Shown: in pieces, positions 41,060 through 51,648 of the stretch
Layout of the letters: each line of letters starts with the position of its first letter
Numbering within the stretch: the first letter of the stretch is position 1
Assembly (NCBI GenBank): GCA_943787705.1
Contig: CALSNL010000003.1
Span: 18,314-82,313 of the forward strand
DNA: 64,000 nt
From: an uncultured Pseudomonadales bacterium
GTDB taxonomy: Bacteria; Pseudomonadota; Gammaproteobacteria; Pseudomonadales; UBA7434
Direction of reading: 5' to 3'
Notes under the pieces: generated by a model
What the model was told of the DNA's origin: nothing
Databases searched by the model: none
What the model saw: the letters and a program-made list of their open reading frames with translations, nothing else
Program-made: the position numbers and the translations under genes

Positions 41060-42339
41060 ATGAACCAATCTGCACAAGCCTTCGATCTGCATCATATTTG
41101 GCATCCCTATAGCTCACTGAGCAAACCTGTGCCGCCTCTGCATGTTAGCCATGCCGAAGGGGTACGTTTAACATTGGAAGACGGCAGAACCCTAATTGAC
41201 GGCATGGCATCATGGTGGTCAGCTATTCATGGTTATAACCACCCCATTCTCAATGAAGCAGCCAAAGGTCAGTTAGATCAAATGTCACATGTCATGTTTG
41301 GCGGCTTAACGCATACCCCCGCCATTGATTTATGCCGACAACTCGTAGCATTAACACCCGCCCCACTGACAAAAGTATTTTTAAGTGACTCCGGCTCGGT
41401 GGCCGTTGATGTTGCCATGAAAATGGCATTGCAATATTGGTATTCGCAAGGAATTAAAAGTAAAACCCAATTTGTCTCACTGCGCGGTGGCTATCATGGC
41501 GACACCTTAGGCTCCATGTCTGTCTGCGACCCTGATACCGGTATGCATCATTTATTTAGCGGCATGTTAGCGCCACAACACTTTGTTGAACGCCCTGCTT
41601 GTCAATTTGGCGAAGTCGCTACTGATGATGACATGGCCGATATGCAGCAGGTTTTATCGACCCATCATAAGATATTGCAGCCGTCATTCTTGAACCAATA
41701 GTACAAGGCGCTGGCGGCATGTATTTTTACTCCGCCGATTATCTAAGCCGTGTAAGAAAATTATGCGATGAATTTAATGTGCTGTTAATTGTTGATGAAA
41801 TTGCCACTGGTTTTGCGCGCACGGGTGAGTTTTTTGCCAGTCATCATGCCGCTATTTGCCCAGACATTATGTGTATGGGCAAAGCCATGACCGGTGGGTA
41901 TTTATCGCTAGCCGCCACTTTAACGACTGACAAAGTCGCCAATGGCATTTGCGAAGGTGAAGCCGGTGTATTTATGCATGGCCCCACATTTATGGCCAAC
42001 CCGCTAGCCTGTACCATTGCCAATGCCAGCATTAGCTTGCTCGCGCAAAGTGATTGGCGCAGTAATATTGAGCGCTTATCATCGCGACTGCAAAACAATT
42101 TACTGCCCGCCAAAGATCATACAAAAATCGCCGATGCGCGCGTGCTCGGCGGTATTGGCGTAATCGAAACTAAAAGCCCCGTTGACATGCATAAAGTGCA
42201 AAAGCTATTACCTGAACTCGGCGTATGGCTGCGGCCCTTTGGGAAATTGATCTATACCATGCCACCATATATTATTAATGACACTGATCTCGATACCGTT
42301 TGCGATGCCATAATGACTGTGGCCGAAGAGTGTAGCTAA
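41060..42339 (+). CDS. bioA: Adenosylmethionine-8-amino-7-oxononanoate aminotransferase, split by a 1-nt deletion at ~41670
   Basis: 'HIWHPYS', 'DGMASWW', 'SHVMFGG' and 'YHGDT'. Restoring one base gives 'DIAAVILEPIVQGAGGM...DEIATGF..GKAMTGG..HGPTFMANPL'. Confidence 0.93.
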
Positions 42340-43145
42340 TGACTCGATCTAAATTACAAAACACCTTACATGATATTATTTTTGGCACCGAAAGCCCGCT
42401 CGGAAAAGCCTTTGATATAAGCTTAATTGTAGCTATATGCGTGAGCGTAATGGCGGTAATTTTAGATTCAGTGAATATTTTTAGTGAACGCTTTGACAAC
42501 CTACTATTTATTCTTGAATGGTCTTTTACGCTTTTATTTACGGCTGAATATATCGCCCGCCTCTACTGCTCTCCACACCCATTACTTTACGCAAGAAGCT
42601 TTTACGGCATCGTCGATGCGCTCTCGATTATCCCTAGCTACTTGACCATATTATTTACCGGCGCACAATATTTCTTAATTATCCGCCTATTGCGCGTACT
42701 GCGATTATTTAGAATTCTAAAATTATTACGCTACTCAGGTGACGCCAATATACTTACTCGATCGATGTGGCAATCACGTCGTAAAATTTTGATATTTTTA
42801 TTTGTCGTCATGATTTTTGCCGTTTTTTTTGGCTCATTTATGTTTTTAGTTGAAGGGCCAGAGAATGGCTTTTCGAGTATTCCAGAAAGTATTTACTGGG
42901 CAGTGGTCACTATTACTACCGTAGGTTACGGTGATATTACGCCGCATACACCAGTAGGAAAACTATTAGCCAGCCTTGTAATGGTATTAGGCTATTCGAT
43001 TATCGCCGTACCCACAGGTATATTAACGGCCGAGCTAGCCAATGAAATCCGTCTCGATAGATCCAATAGAGATTGTGATCATTGCGGTCGCAGTGGTCAT
43101 GATAGCGACGCATTACATTGCAAGTTTTGTGGCAAACACGTTTAA
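42339..43145 (+). CDS. Ion transporter / voltage-gated K+ channel-like protein
   Basis: S4-like 'RLLRVLRLFRILKLLR', selectivity filter 'TTVGYGD' and C-terminal CxxC...CxxC. Confidence 0.9.
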   Translation: MTRSKLQNTLHDIIFGTESPLGKAFDISLIVAICVSVMAVILDSVNIFSERFDNLLFILEWSFTLLFTAEYIARLYCSPHPLLYARSFYGIVDALSIIPSYLTILFTGAQYFLIIRLLRVLRLFRILKLLRYSGDANILTRSMWQSRRKILIFLFVVMIFAVFFGSFMFLVEGPENGFSSIPESIYWAVVTITTVGYGDITPHTPVGKLLASLVMVLGYSIIAVPTGILTAELANEIRLDRSNRDCDHCGRSGHDSDALHCKFCGKHV

Positions 43146-43277
43146 GATAAACAGCATCGATAAGCTTTATCACTGTAAGTTATTTAATATAAGACAATAA
43201 CAAACATTACACTGCTACCATAAGTTATAAACAGTCTTTATTGATTTTAATCACCGTGGATTAGACGATACCCTCTT

Positions 43278-44450
43278 ATGAGCTTTCACCCTCCTCAACG
43301 CACACTAATGGGCCCCGGCCCTTCTGATGTTAATCCTCGTATTCTTAGCGCACTAGGGCAGCCAACTATTGGCCATTTAGACCCTAGCTTTATACAGCTA
43401 ATGGATGAGATTAAAGACCTACTGCAATATGTGTTTCAAACCAAAAATGAATTAACTTTACCAGTCTCCGCACCAGGCTCGGCTGGCATGGAAACTTGCT
43501 TCGTTAACTTAATTGAAGCGGGCGAAACAGTAATAGTGTGTCAGAACGGCGTGTTTGGTGGGCGCATGAAAGAAAACGTAACGCGCTGCGGTGCGCATGC
43601 CGTAATGGTAGAGGATGAATGGAGTAAAGCCGTTGATCTTGAAAAAGTAACAGCAGCGATTAAAGCTAATCCTAATGCAAAAGCCCTCGCCTTTGTTCAT
43701 GCAGAGACATCAACCGGCGTGCAAAGTGATGCCGCGGCATTGTGTGCATTAGCACGCGATGCCAATATGTTATCCATTGTCGATACGGTAACGGGATTAG
43801 CAGGCATTAATGTTGACGTTGATGGCTGGGGTGCCGATGCAGTTTATTCAGGCACACAGAAATGCCTATCGTGCATTCCTGGCATTTCGCCAGTGACTTT
43901 TAGTGCGCGTGCGATTGACGTTATCACTAACAGAAAGACGCCGGTACAGAGTTGGTTCTTAGATTTGAATTTAGTAATGGGTTACTGGGGCAAAGGTGCT
44001 AAGCGCGCTTACCACCACACTGCGCCGGTTAATTCGCTTTATGCTCTGCATGAGTCACTGACTATTGTGAAAGAGGAAGGCCTACAGGCGAGCTGGGATA
44101 GACACTTGCATAACCATCTTGCATTACGTGCAGGACTTGAAGCGATGGGTTTATCTTTGATTGTTGATGAGGCTGATCGTTTACCGCAATTGAATTTAGT
44201 GGGTGTGCCTGAGGGTATTGATGAGGCGCAAGTACGAGTGCAGTTGTTGGAGCAGTTTGATCTTGAGATTGGTGCTGGGCTTGGGGCATTGGCGGGTAAG
44301 GTTTGGCGGATTGGCTTGATGGGGTATGGGTCTAATTCTACGAATGTTAGGCTTTGCTTGAGTGCGTTGGAGACTTGTTTGATTTCGCAGGGACATGGGA
44401 TTACGGGTGGGGATGCGGTTGCGGCGGCTAATCGGGTTTATGCTGGTTAG
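43278..44450 (+). CDS. Alanine-glyoxylate / serine-pyruvate aminotransferase (class V PLP enzyme)
   Basis: 'RTLMGPGPS', 'VHAETSTGV', PLP lysine in 'SGTQKCL', 'YHHTAP' and 'WRIGLMG'. Confidence 0.92.
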   Translation: MSFHPPQRTLMGPGPSDVNPRILSALGQPTIGHLDPSFIQLMDEIKDLLQYVFQTKNELTLPVSAPGSAGMETCFVNLIEAGETVIVCQNGVFGGRMKENVTRCGAHAVMVEDEWSKAVDLEKVTAAIKANPNAKALAFVHAETSTGVQSDAAALCALARDANMLSIVDTVTGLAGINVDVDGWGADAVYSGTQKCLSCIPGISPVTFSARAIDVITNRKTPVQSWFLDLNLVMGYWGKGAKRAYHHTAPVNSLYALHESLTIVKEEGLQASWDRHLHNHLALRAGLEAMGLSLIVDEADRLPQLNLVGVPEGIDEAQVRVQLLEQFDLEIGAGLGALAGKVWRIGLMGYGSNSTNVRLCLSALETCLISQGHGITGGDAVAAANRVYAG

Positions 44451-44458
44451 GTTTAGGG

Positions 44459-45847
44459 CTTTTAGCTTTATCTGATAGTATTCTTATATTCTGGTTTTTT
44501 GCTTATTTTTTTAAGTTTTAAATTCAAGACCGTCGGGGGTGGCCCGACATGCCAGTCACTTTTTTTATTCGCTTCGCTCACCCTACGGGGCGCCCTTCAG
44601 GCGCAGCGCAAACTACGCTGTGCTACAGCAAAAAAAAGTCACCAAAAAATGCCGTAAGCTTAACGGCGAAGCTTAACCACGACGGGTGCATCTCGCAGTG
44701 TTTTCTGTCCAGCAGTTTCAGAGGGTTTATCGCCAAGCGGTATAGAGGAAATTCAAGGTCGTCGGGGGTGGCCCGACATGCCAGTCACTTTTTGTATTCG
44801 CTTCGCTCACCCTACGGGGCGCCCTTCAGGCGCAGCGCAAACTACGCTGTGCAACAGCAAAAAAAGTAACCAAAAATGCCGTAAGCTTAACGGCGAAGCT
44901 TAACCACGACGGGTGCATCTCGTAGGGTTTTCTGTCCAGCAGTTTCAGAGAGATTATCGCCAAGCGGTATAGGGGGTACTTTTTTAAACTTTAAGAGTAA
45001 TGTTGTATTCTGGATGTTTGCTTCTGTTTTTTAAGTTTTAAATTCAAGATCGTCGGGGGTGGCCCGACAGCCAGTCACTTTTTGTCTACAGCAACAAAAA
45101 GTAACCAAAAAATGCCGTAAGCTTAACGGCGAAGCTTAACCACGACGGGTGCATCTCGTAGGGTTTTCTGTCCAGCAGTTCCAGAGAGATTATCGCCAAG
45201 CGGTATAGGGGGTACTTTTTTTGTGCTGCACTTACATCAAGCTTTACGTCTAAGTTTATCCTTTCAGCGAAATAATAGTTCTACTAGTTATAAGCCTTTG
45301 TTTAGCTCTCACTCTTTCACTTTCTAACCCACACTACGCTCAATAATTTTTTAGAGTAAAAGATTATTCTTTTGAGCTGCTGCTCTTCATTGCTCTTTTT
45401 TCTCTGCTCGGTTCTTCTATTATCTTTTTTGAGCGGCATGCGGAGCTCAATAGTAAAAGCCGGCCGTTAGGCACGGTTTTTACTTGTTCTAAAATAAAAA
45501 GAAGTCTACTGAACTTGTTCGTTGTAGCCTCATTGTGTTTTGAAAAGTCTGCGGAATCAGAATGATATTGGCTGGAGGCGAGCTCAGATATTGACGAACA
45601 ATTAAGTCGAGTGAAAAACGTTTTCGTAGGCGCTGCTAAGGTGTACTGAATAAAACCACCCCAAAGCGAATAGGTTATATCGGGGTCAATCTTCGTCAGA
45701 TTGTGTGCTTTCTTTTGGTTACTTTTCTTTGCACAAGCAAAGAAAAGTGACTGGCATGTCGGGCCACCCCCGACGGTCTTGATTGAAAACTCAAACAAAT
45801 AAACTAAAAAACCAGAATATAAAAACACTATCAAATAAGGCTTAAAG
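44459..45847. mobile_element. Composite non-coding repeat element, copy 2
   Basis: Units at 44524-44748, 44753-44978 and 45044-45214. Core 45215-45706. Inverted end 45707-45847, whose outer part mirrors the left leader 44459-44523, giving an imperfect TIR of ~140 bp. Confidence 0.7.
44524..45214. repeat. Tandem array of three structured units; units 1 and 2 carry the 56-nt insert
   Basis: Same unit as 24441-25135. Unit 3 differs from copy-1 unit 3 at one position. Confidence 0.97.
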
Positions 45848-45860
45848 ATCTAGACTCTGG

Positions 45861-47036
45861 CTATCGCGCCAAATGCGCCATACAAGCCTCCAACCCATTC
45901 ACCGTCATAGGAAACATATTCCCATCAAAAATATCACTCATCATGCGCGTCGACTGCGCATAATGCCACTCACTCTCAGCAATCGGATTAATCCAAGCAA
46001 AGCGTTGATAACCCGCCAACAAACGCCGCATCCAAACCTCACCCGACTCCTCATTCCAATGCTCAACACTGCCACCATCAGACATAATCTCATAAGGCGA
46101 CATCGCCGCATCACCCACTACAATCACTTTATAATCTTGTGAGTATTTATTCAAAACCTCAACCAACGGCGTAGATTCCTGCCGCCGACGAATATTGTCC
46201 TTCCACACCGATTCATAAATACAATTGTGAAAGTAAAAAAACTCAAGATGCTTAAACTCGGTTCGCACCGCACTGAATAACTGCTGACAAGCCGTTATGT
46301 GATAATCCATCGATCCGCCAATATCAAAAAAGATCAACACCTTCACCGCATTATGCCGCTCAGGAACCATTTTAATATCTAATAGCCCAGCATTTTTTGC
46401 CGTTGAGCTAATGGTGTCGTCTAAATCTAATTGGTCTTCTGCACCTGAACGCGCAAACTTGCGTAAACGCCTTAAAGCTACTTGAATATTACGTGTGCCA
46501 AGGGCTGTGTCGCCGTCTAAATTTTTAAACTCTCGTTTTTCCCAAACCTTTACGCCTTTTTGATGCTTGCCCTCTCCCCCTACACGGATACCTTCGGGAT
46601 GAAAACCGTTATTGCCAAATGGTGAAGTACCGCCTGTGCCTATCCATTTATTACCACCTTGATGGCGTTTTTCTTGCTCGGCTAATCGCTCTTTAAATTG
46701 CTCAATCAATTCTTCTAAACTTTCAAATGATTGCAGCTTATCTAACTCTTCTTGAGTCAGCTCTTTTTGAAAGGCATCGCGTATCCAATCATCCGGAATT
46801 AAGGCCTCAAGCATGCCGTCCATTGATTCAAGACCATTAAAAAAGGCATCAATAGCACGATCAAATTTATCGAAGTGTTTTTCATCTTTAACAAGAATAG
46901 TACGCGACAGGAAATAGAATTTTTCGCGATCGGCAAATACCGTCGACGTCTTTAACGCTTCTAGTAAGTCTAAAAACTCACCTAGCGTAACTGGCACACC
47001 ATAGCGACGAAGCGTTTCGAAATAAGATAGCAACAT
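45861..47036 (-). CDS. vWA domain-containing protein (CoxE-like)
   Basis: 'HQGGNKWIGTGGTSPFG', MIDAS-like 'FDIGGSMD', 'YFHNC' and 'VGDAAMSPYE'. Confidence 0.85.
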   Translation of the reverse strand: MLLSYFETLRRYGVPVTLGEFLDLLEALKTSTVFADREKFYFLSRTILVKDEKHFDKFDRAIDAFFNGLESMDGMLEALIPDDWIRDAFQKELTQEELDKLQSFESLEELIEQFKERLAEQEKRHQGGNKWIGTGGTSPFGNNGFHPEGIRVGGEGKHQKGVKVWEKREFKNLDGDTALGTRNIQVALRRLRKFARSGAEDQLDLDDTISSTAKNAGLLDIKMVPERHNAVKVLIFFDIGGSMDYHITACQQLFSAVRTEFKHLEFFYFHNCIYESVWKDNIRRRQESTPLVEVLNKYSQDYKVIVVGDAAMSPYEIMSDGGSVEHWNEESGEVWMRRLLAGYQRFAWINPIAESEWHYAQSTRMMSDIFDGNMFPMTVNGLEACMAHLAR

Positions 47037-47078
47037 AATTAGCGCTCGCTAAACAGTATTTGCACTCGCTAGACAGTG

Positions 47079-47930
47079 CTAGCGTGAGGTCTCGCGACGA
47101 TGCATAAAGGCTAGACGCTCTAGCATTTGCACATCTTGCTCGTTTTTTAGTAGCGCACCATACAACGGCGGTATCGCTGTCGATTGATCGCGCTGAGTAA
47201 GAATATCATCGGGGATATCATCAGACATTAACAACTTAAGCCAATCAATAAGCTCGGAGGTTGAAGGCCGTTTTTTTAAGCCCGGCAACTCTCTTAATTC
47301 AAAGAAAATTTCTAATGCTTGATCTACTAAGGTTTTTTGAATAGCAGGATAGTGAACATCAACAATGGACTTCATGGTTTGACGATCGGGGAAACTGATA
47401 AAATGGAAGAAACATCGCCTTAAAAAGGCATCGGGTAATTCTTTTTCATTATTACTGGTAATTATAATAACCGGACGATTAATGGCTTTAATCGTTTCAC
47501 CCGTCTCGTAAACGAAGAACTCCATACGATCAAGCTCTTGCAGTAAATCATTGGGGAATTCTATGTCGGCCTTATCGATTTCATCAATCAATAATACAAC
47601 GCGCTTCTCGGCAGAAAATGCCTCCCAGAGTTTACCTTTTTTAATGTAGTTTCCCACATCGGCCACTTTGTTATCGCCTAACTGGGAATCACGTAATCGC
47701 GACACGGCATCGTATTCATACAAACCCTGATGCGCCTTAGTGGTGGATTTAATATGCCACTGCACTAGCTCCATACCCGCGGCTTCAGCTACTTGCTCAG
47801 CCAGCATGGTTTTACCTGTTCCTGGCTCGCCTTTAATTAATAAAGGTTTCTCCAATGCCATAGCGGCATTAACCGCCATCGATAAATCGTCACTGGCAAT
47901 ATATTCCTTGGTGCTACTAAACGTTGTCAC
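47079..47930 (-). CDS. MoxR-family AAA+ ATPase (CoxD-like)
   Basis: 'LLIKGEPGTGKT', 'LLIDEIDKADIEFPNDLL' and 'TSNNEKELPDAFLRRC'. Confidence 0.9.
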   Translation of the reverse strand: MTTFSSTKEYIASDDLSMAVNAAMALEKPLLIKGEPGTGKTMLAEQVAEAAGMELVQWHIKSTTKAHQGLYEYDAVSRLRDSQLGDNKVADVGNYIKKGKLWEAFSAEKRVVLLIDEIDKADIEFPNDLLQELDRMEFFVYETGETIKAINRPVIIITSNNEKELPDAFLRRCFFHFISFPDRQTMKSIVDVHYPAIQKTLVDQALEIFFELRELPGLKKRPSTSELIDWLKLLMSDDIPDDILTQRDQSTAIPPLYGALLKNEQDVQMLERLAFMHRRETSR

Positions 47931-48051
47931 AATAAGATATCCATACAGTTTAAAAGGGCTAATTACTGATTAGTATACCTGCTATTAACGACTCAAATAG
48001 TACGAAAACAGCACAGAAACATTACGAAAAGGCTAAGAAAATAAACAAGGC

Positions 48052-50502
48052 TTAGGTTTTTTTATCTTCTGGAAGATTATCATCGGCACTCAAGTCAAAT
48101 TCTATATCGATATCATCGCTTATATCGGCCTCGTCTTTATTGACGTCTTCTTCTTTATCCGTGGCTTGTTCTTTATTAGAACCCTGGGCTTCAGGGTTAT
48201 CTTCAAGGTTATCCTCATCGTCTAACTCGGTATCAACGTCTAAAAGCGCACCTAAATTAGCGTCGATTTTTTTGTCATTTTCTTCATCAACACTAATATC
48301 TACTGCATTAATATCTACTGCATCAATATCTACGGCATCAATATCAACGAGAGCATTTTCTTTACTATTATCTGTATCAAGCTCTTCCTCGATACTTTCT
48401 ATGATACTTTCCTCTATATCTTCATCATCGATCGAACCTTGCTTGATACCTTCCTTAACGTCTACCTCAACACCTTGCTCGGCAACTGCCTCAATATCTT
48501 GTTCAACAATTGCCTCAGCACTGTCGATCTCAGGTTTATCATCTACCTCGCTTTCACTGTCGACGGTTTCTTGTTCACTCACCTCAGCGTCATCAGTCTC
48601 TTTATATTTTTCTTCAACTATCGGTGGCGAGTTGCTCTCTGCATCCGCATTATCCATCGCCTTTTCTGCCGCCGCTTGCTTAGTCGACGAACTATCTAAC
48701 GAAGAACTTGACATCATTTTTTTATAGATAAAAAACAACAATCCTATTAATAAGCAATTGCCAGCAACTAATAAGATATAGGGTAACCAGCTATTTTTTT
48801 TCTCTTTCTCTGCTGACGCGTCAACAAGCGTTTCTGTTTTCTCAACGGGCTCTTTATCAATGTCTTGTTTTAGTTCAGGTTCAGGCAATACTATTGGCTC
48901 AGAAATACCCGGCACATTTAAATACAGGGATTGCTCAGCAAGAGTGTAATCCACCACTGTCGATTCGCTATTATATCCCGATGCCGTTAAGTTAATGGTA
49001 TAGGAACCCGTACCCTGCTCTTCGGCTTCGTAGCGCCAAACACCTACTTGATCACTTGCGAGATCTAGCGCCTGCTCACTCCCGTTAGGAAGAGTAATTA
49101 CAGCACTTAATACTACGTCCGTAGTACGTAAACGTTTATCGTCCGCAATGACAGTCAGCGCAAACTCGCCCTCTAATTCATTGGCGGCCAGCTCTACACG
49201 AAAAGGTTCTCTAACAGTAAATTTAAGCGTTTTTTCACGCTTAAAGGTTTTCCCATCAACGGCCACCGTCAGTGCGTAATTACCTGAGTTACGTAACATA
49301 TCTAACTCACGACTATAAACGCCCATGCTGTGACTACTATCAACACTACTATCAATACCACCACCATCACGCACTAAGGTCTGACGCCAAAATGAGGTGT
49401 TAGATCGTGACATGCTGGCATCAACCGTAAACAAATCTAAAAACTCATCACGACTCACTACTTCCCCCGCCTCAAGTATACTGGCGGTAAGTGTGGCTGT
49501 TTCACCGTGATAAAGGTTGTTCGCAATAGGGGCAATAGCGAGCGTTAAATCGCTCACAACCGTCACTCGATTATCAGGATCGATATCAGCATTAATCGTC
49601 CACTCACCTTCTTCGGGCTGCTGAATGGTAATCAAATCATAAGCGTCACTGGCAAACCAACGTAAGCTAGCACCATCAACGTCAGCATTAAATATTTGCC
49701 CGCCAGGACTTTCTATTTGCGTGGCTGCGCTGCCCGATTTTCTAAAAACTAAAGCGGTAAACTCTTCTACGCTTGAATCAATTAAAAAACGGTTATCATC
49801 TAATGGTGCACGATCACTCGGTGATGATTGATCAAAAGCCCGTAAAAATATACGATTCAATTCTTCAGCATCTTCTGCCACTGCAAAAATACCGTCGGTC
49901 TCTATAGCTAAGCGTTCTAGCAATTCCACATCGGCATTGGTCGACAACGCCACCGCATGAATCGCAATACCGGCCGCTTGATACTGCGGTAATAATGTTT
50001 CGAGTATGCGTTGACGCTCTTGCTCATTGACTAAGGGATCTTTGTCAATATCCACTACGCCATCGGTTAATAATATCACCGAGGTTTTAAAATCTTGAGT
50101 ATCCGAATATTTTTTTTGCCCATTATCATAAATGGCTTTTTCTAACGCCAAACCAATATTGGTATGCAAGGCTACCGAATTAATTAATCGAGACTTATTG
50201 GATGATTGAGAACGCCAGCGCGTCGACACTGTATCGTGTGGCACTAGCATATTAACGTATTTACCAAAGGTCCAAACGCCAGCACGGCTATCTGTAGGAA
50301 ATAACTGCACTAACAAATCTAAGGCAGGACGACGTAAATTACGAGGGTCGTTTTGCTTCATACTGCCAGACACATCAATCAATACACGGATATCCGCATT
50401 AGGCTCAACGGTGACTGTGGATTGCGCAAAAGTATAAGGCGCTACTAACGCTGCAGCAGTTATCACAAGCGCTAAGCAAGCCGAAGTACAACCGTAGTAC
50501 AA
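48052..50502 (-). CDS. Exported vWA-domain protein with C-terminal TM helix and long acidic cytoplasmic tail. True start is probably ATG 50555 across a 1-nt indel.
   Basis: MIDAS 'IDVSGSMKQNDP', 'ILLTDG', 'NRFLID', TM 'WLPYILLVAGNCLLIGLLFFIY' and a D/E-rich tail. Confidence 0.8.
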   Translation of the reverse strand: MYYGCTSACLALVITAAALVAPYTFAQSTVTVEPNADIRVLIDVSGSMKQNDPRNLRRPALDLLVQLFPTDSRAGVWTFGKYVNMLVPHDTVSTRWRSQSSNKSRLINSVALHTNIGLALEKAIYDNGQKKYSDTQDFKTSVILLTDGVVDIDKDPLVNEQERQRILETLLPQYQAAGIAIHAVALSTNADVELLERLAIETDGIFAVAEDAEELNRIFLRAFDQSSPSDRAPLDDNRFLIDSSVEEFTALVFRKSGSAATQIESPGGQIFNADVDGASLRWFASDAYDLITIQQPEEGEWTINADIDPDNRVTVVSDLTLAIAPIANNLYHGETATLTASILEAGEVVSRDEFLDLFTVDASMSRSNTSFWRQTLVRDGGGIDSSVDSSHSMGVYSRELDMLRNSGNYALTVAVDGKTFKREKTLKFTVREPFRVELAANELEGEFALTVIADDKRLRTTDVVLSAVITLPNGSEQALDLASDQVGVWRYEAEEQGTGSYTINLTASGYNSESTVVDYTLAEQSLYLNVPGISEPIVLPEPELKQDIDKEPVEKTETLVDASAEKEKKNSWLPYILLVAGNCLLIGLLFFIYKKMMSSSSLDSSSTKQAAAEKAMDNADAESNSPPIVEEKYKETDDAEVSEQETVDSESEVDDKPEIDSAEAIVEQDIEAVAEQGVEVDVKEGIKQGSIDDEDIEESIIESIEEELDTDNSKENALVDIDAVDIDAVDINAVDISVDEENDKKIDANLGALLDVDTELDDEDNLEDNPEAQGSNKEQATDKEEDVNKDEADISDDIDIEFDLSADDNLPEDKKT

Positions 50503-50841
50503 GCCGTAGTAAAACAGGAAGAAAACAAAGAAAATATTCGAGAGGAAATTGTCATGAGCTATTTCTCACTATGCGGTCTGGATACATGCGTACTGAAAGG
50601 CGAGGAAAAATATCTAGCAAAAAAAAGCTTTGCCAAACATAATAAGCGTCAGCATCTGTATAAAATCACTCTCTACATTTGCGCCTGAAACTAGCTCCTT
50701 TAAGCAGCACAACAACCCCGTATGACAGCAGTAGAAAAACGATGAATTACAATTAGTTATAGCAGTGATTGACGTCATTTCAAGCCCTTACGGATGGGAC
50801 TTTTACCAGAAGCTCACTAGATGAAGAGGCTAGCGGCTGGA

Positions 50842-51165
50842 TCAACGCCTTCGCAGAATGGAAATCAGTAATATAATGGCATAAGCAATCACTAATAAGG
50901 CCAGCATTGGCATAAAAGCGGCCTCTGCAGTCTCAGTATTGCCTAATGCTAATTCGAACATACCCACCAACCACGCGGGTGCCATGGATTGCGTATCATG
51001 CACAGCTACTGGCGTAGCTAAAATAACCAGTAAGGTACTCATTAATAATAAAAAAGGGATGTATGAAATATATAAACGGAGTACACGCCAGAAAATAACA
51101 AGCACCACCACCGACGTAGCCGCGTATAAAAGCCAGATATTAAGTGCGCCACTGAACTCAGACAT
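50842..51165 (-). CDS. Small hypothetical membrane protein
   Basis: Three hydrophobic segments with 'ATP...MAPAW'. RBS AAGGAG upstream. Confidence 0.65.
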   Translation of the reverse strand: MSEFSGALNIWLLYAATSVVVLVIFWRVLRLYISYIPFLLLMSTLLVILATPVAVHDTQSMAPAWLVGMFELALGNTETAEAAFMPMLALLVIAYAIILLISILRRR

Positions 51166-51210
51166 AAGCTACTCCTTAACCACTAATAGACTATTTTTTA
51201 AATAATTTAA

Positions 51211-51645
51211 CTAGACACTAACCCAAGTAATAATATGCTCATCGAGACCATCAGGATGAACGTATTCTTCACTCAGCACCCGACCCGCTACCGACTCCCC
51301 CGCTGCTACGGTTGAATTAACATCGCCAGTAAGCAATGGATGCCACGATGGTAAATCAAGACCTTGAGCAACAAGACGATAAGCACAGCTACTTGGCAGC
51401 CATTGCGCACTTCGCGCCATGGCAGGCGTCACTTGAATACAATTAGGCGCAGCGCTATGCCGCTTATCATAGTCTGTGCAGCGGCAGCTATCAGTGTCTA
51501 GCAGACGACAAGCAACACGCGTAAAAACGACCGCTTCTGTATCTTCATCTTCTAGCTTATTAAGACAACACTTTGCACAACCATCACAAAGCTGCTCCCA
51601 TTCTGACGAGGAGAAATCTTCTAACTCACGCCCCTGCCAAAACAT
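51211..51645 (-). CDS. ycgN: YcgN family cysteine-cluster protein
   Basis: 'EWEQLCDGCAKCCLNKLED', 'WLPSSCAYR' and 'WHPL'. Confidence 0.9.
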   Translation of the reverse strand: MFWQGRELEDFSSSEWEQLCDGCAKCCLNKLEDEDTEAVVFTRVACRLLDTDSCRCTDYDKRHSAAPNCIQVTPAMARSAQWLPSSCAYRLVAQGLDLPSWHPLLTGDVNSTVAAGESVAGRVLSEEYVHPDGLDEHIITWVSV

Positions 51646-51648
51646 AAA

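Noticed and set aside
45873-46142. Antisense ORFs rich in H/R/P/T/Q/N (also 44196-44396 and 44062-44289)
   Set aside because: By-products of the local C/A skew, which removes stop codons on the strand opposite real genes.
48140-48727. 195-aa Ser-rich + strand ORF
   Set aside because: It is the antisense shadow of the acidic tail of the vWA protein.
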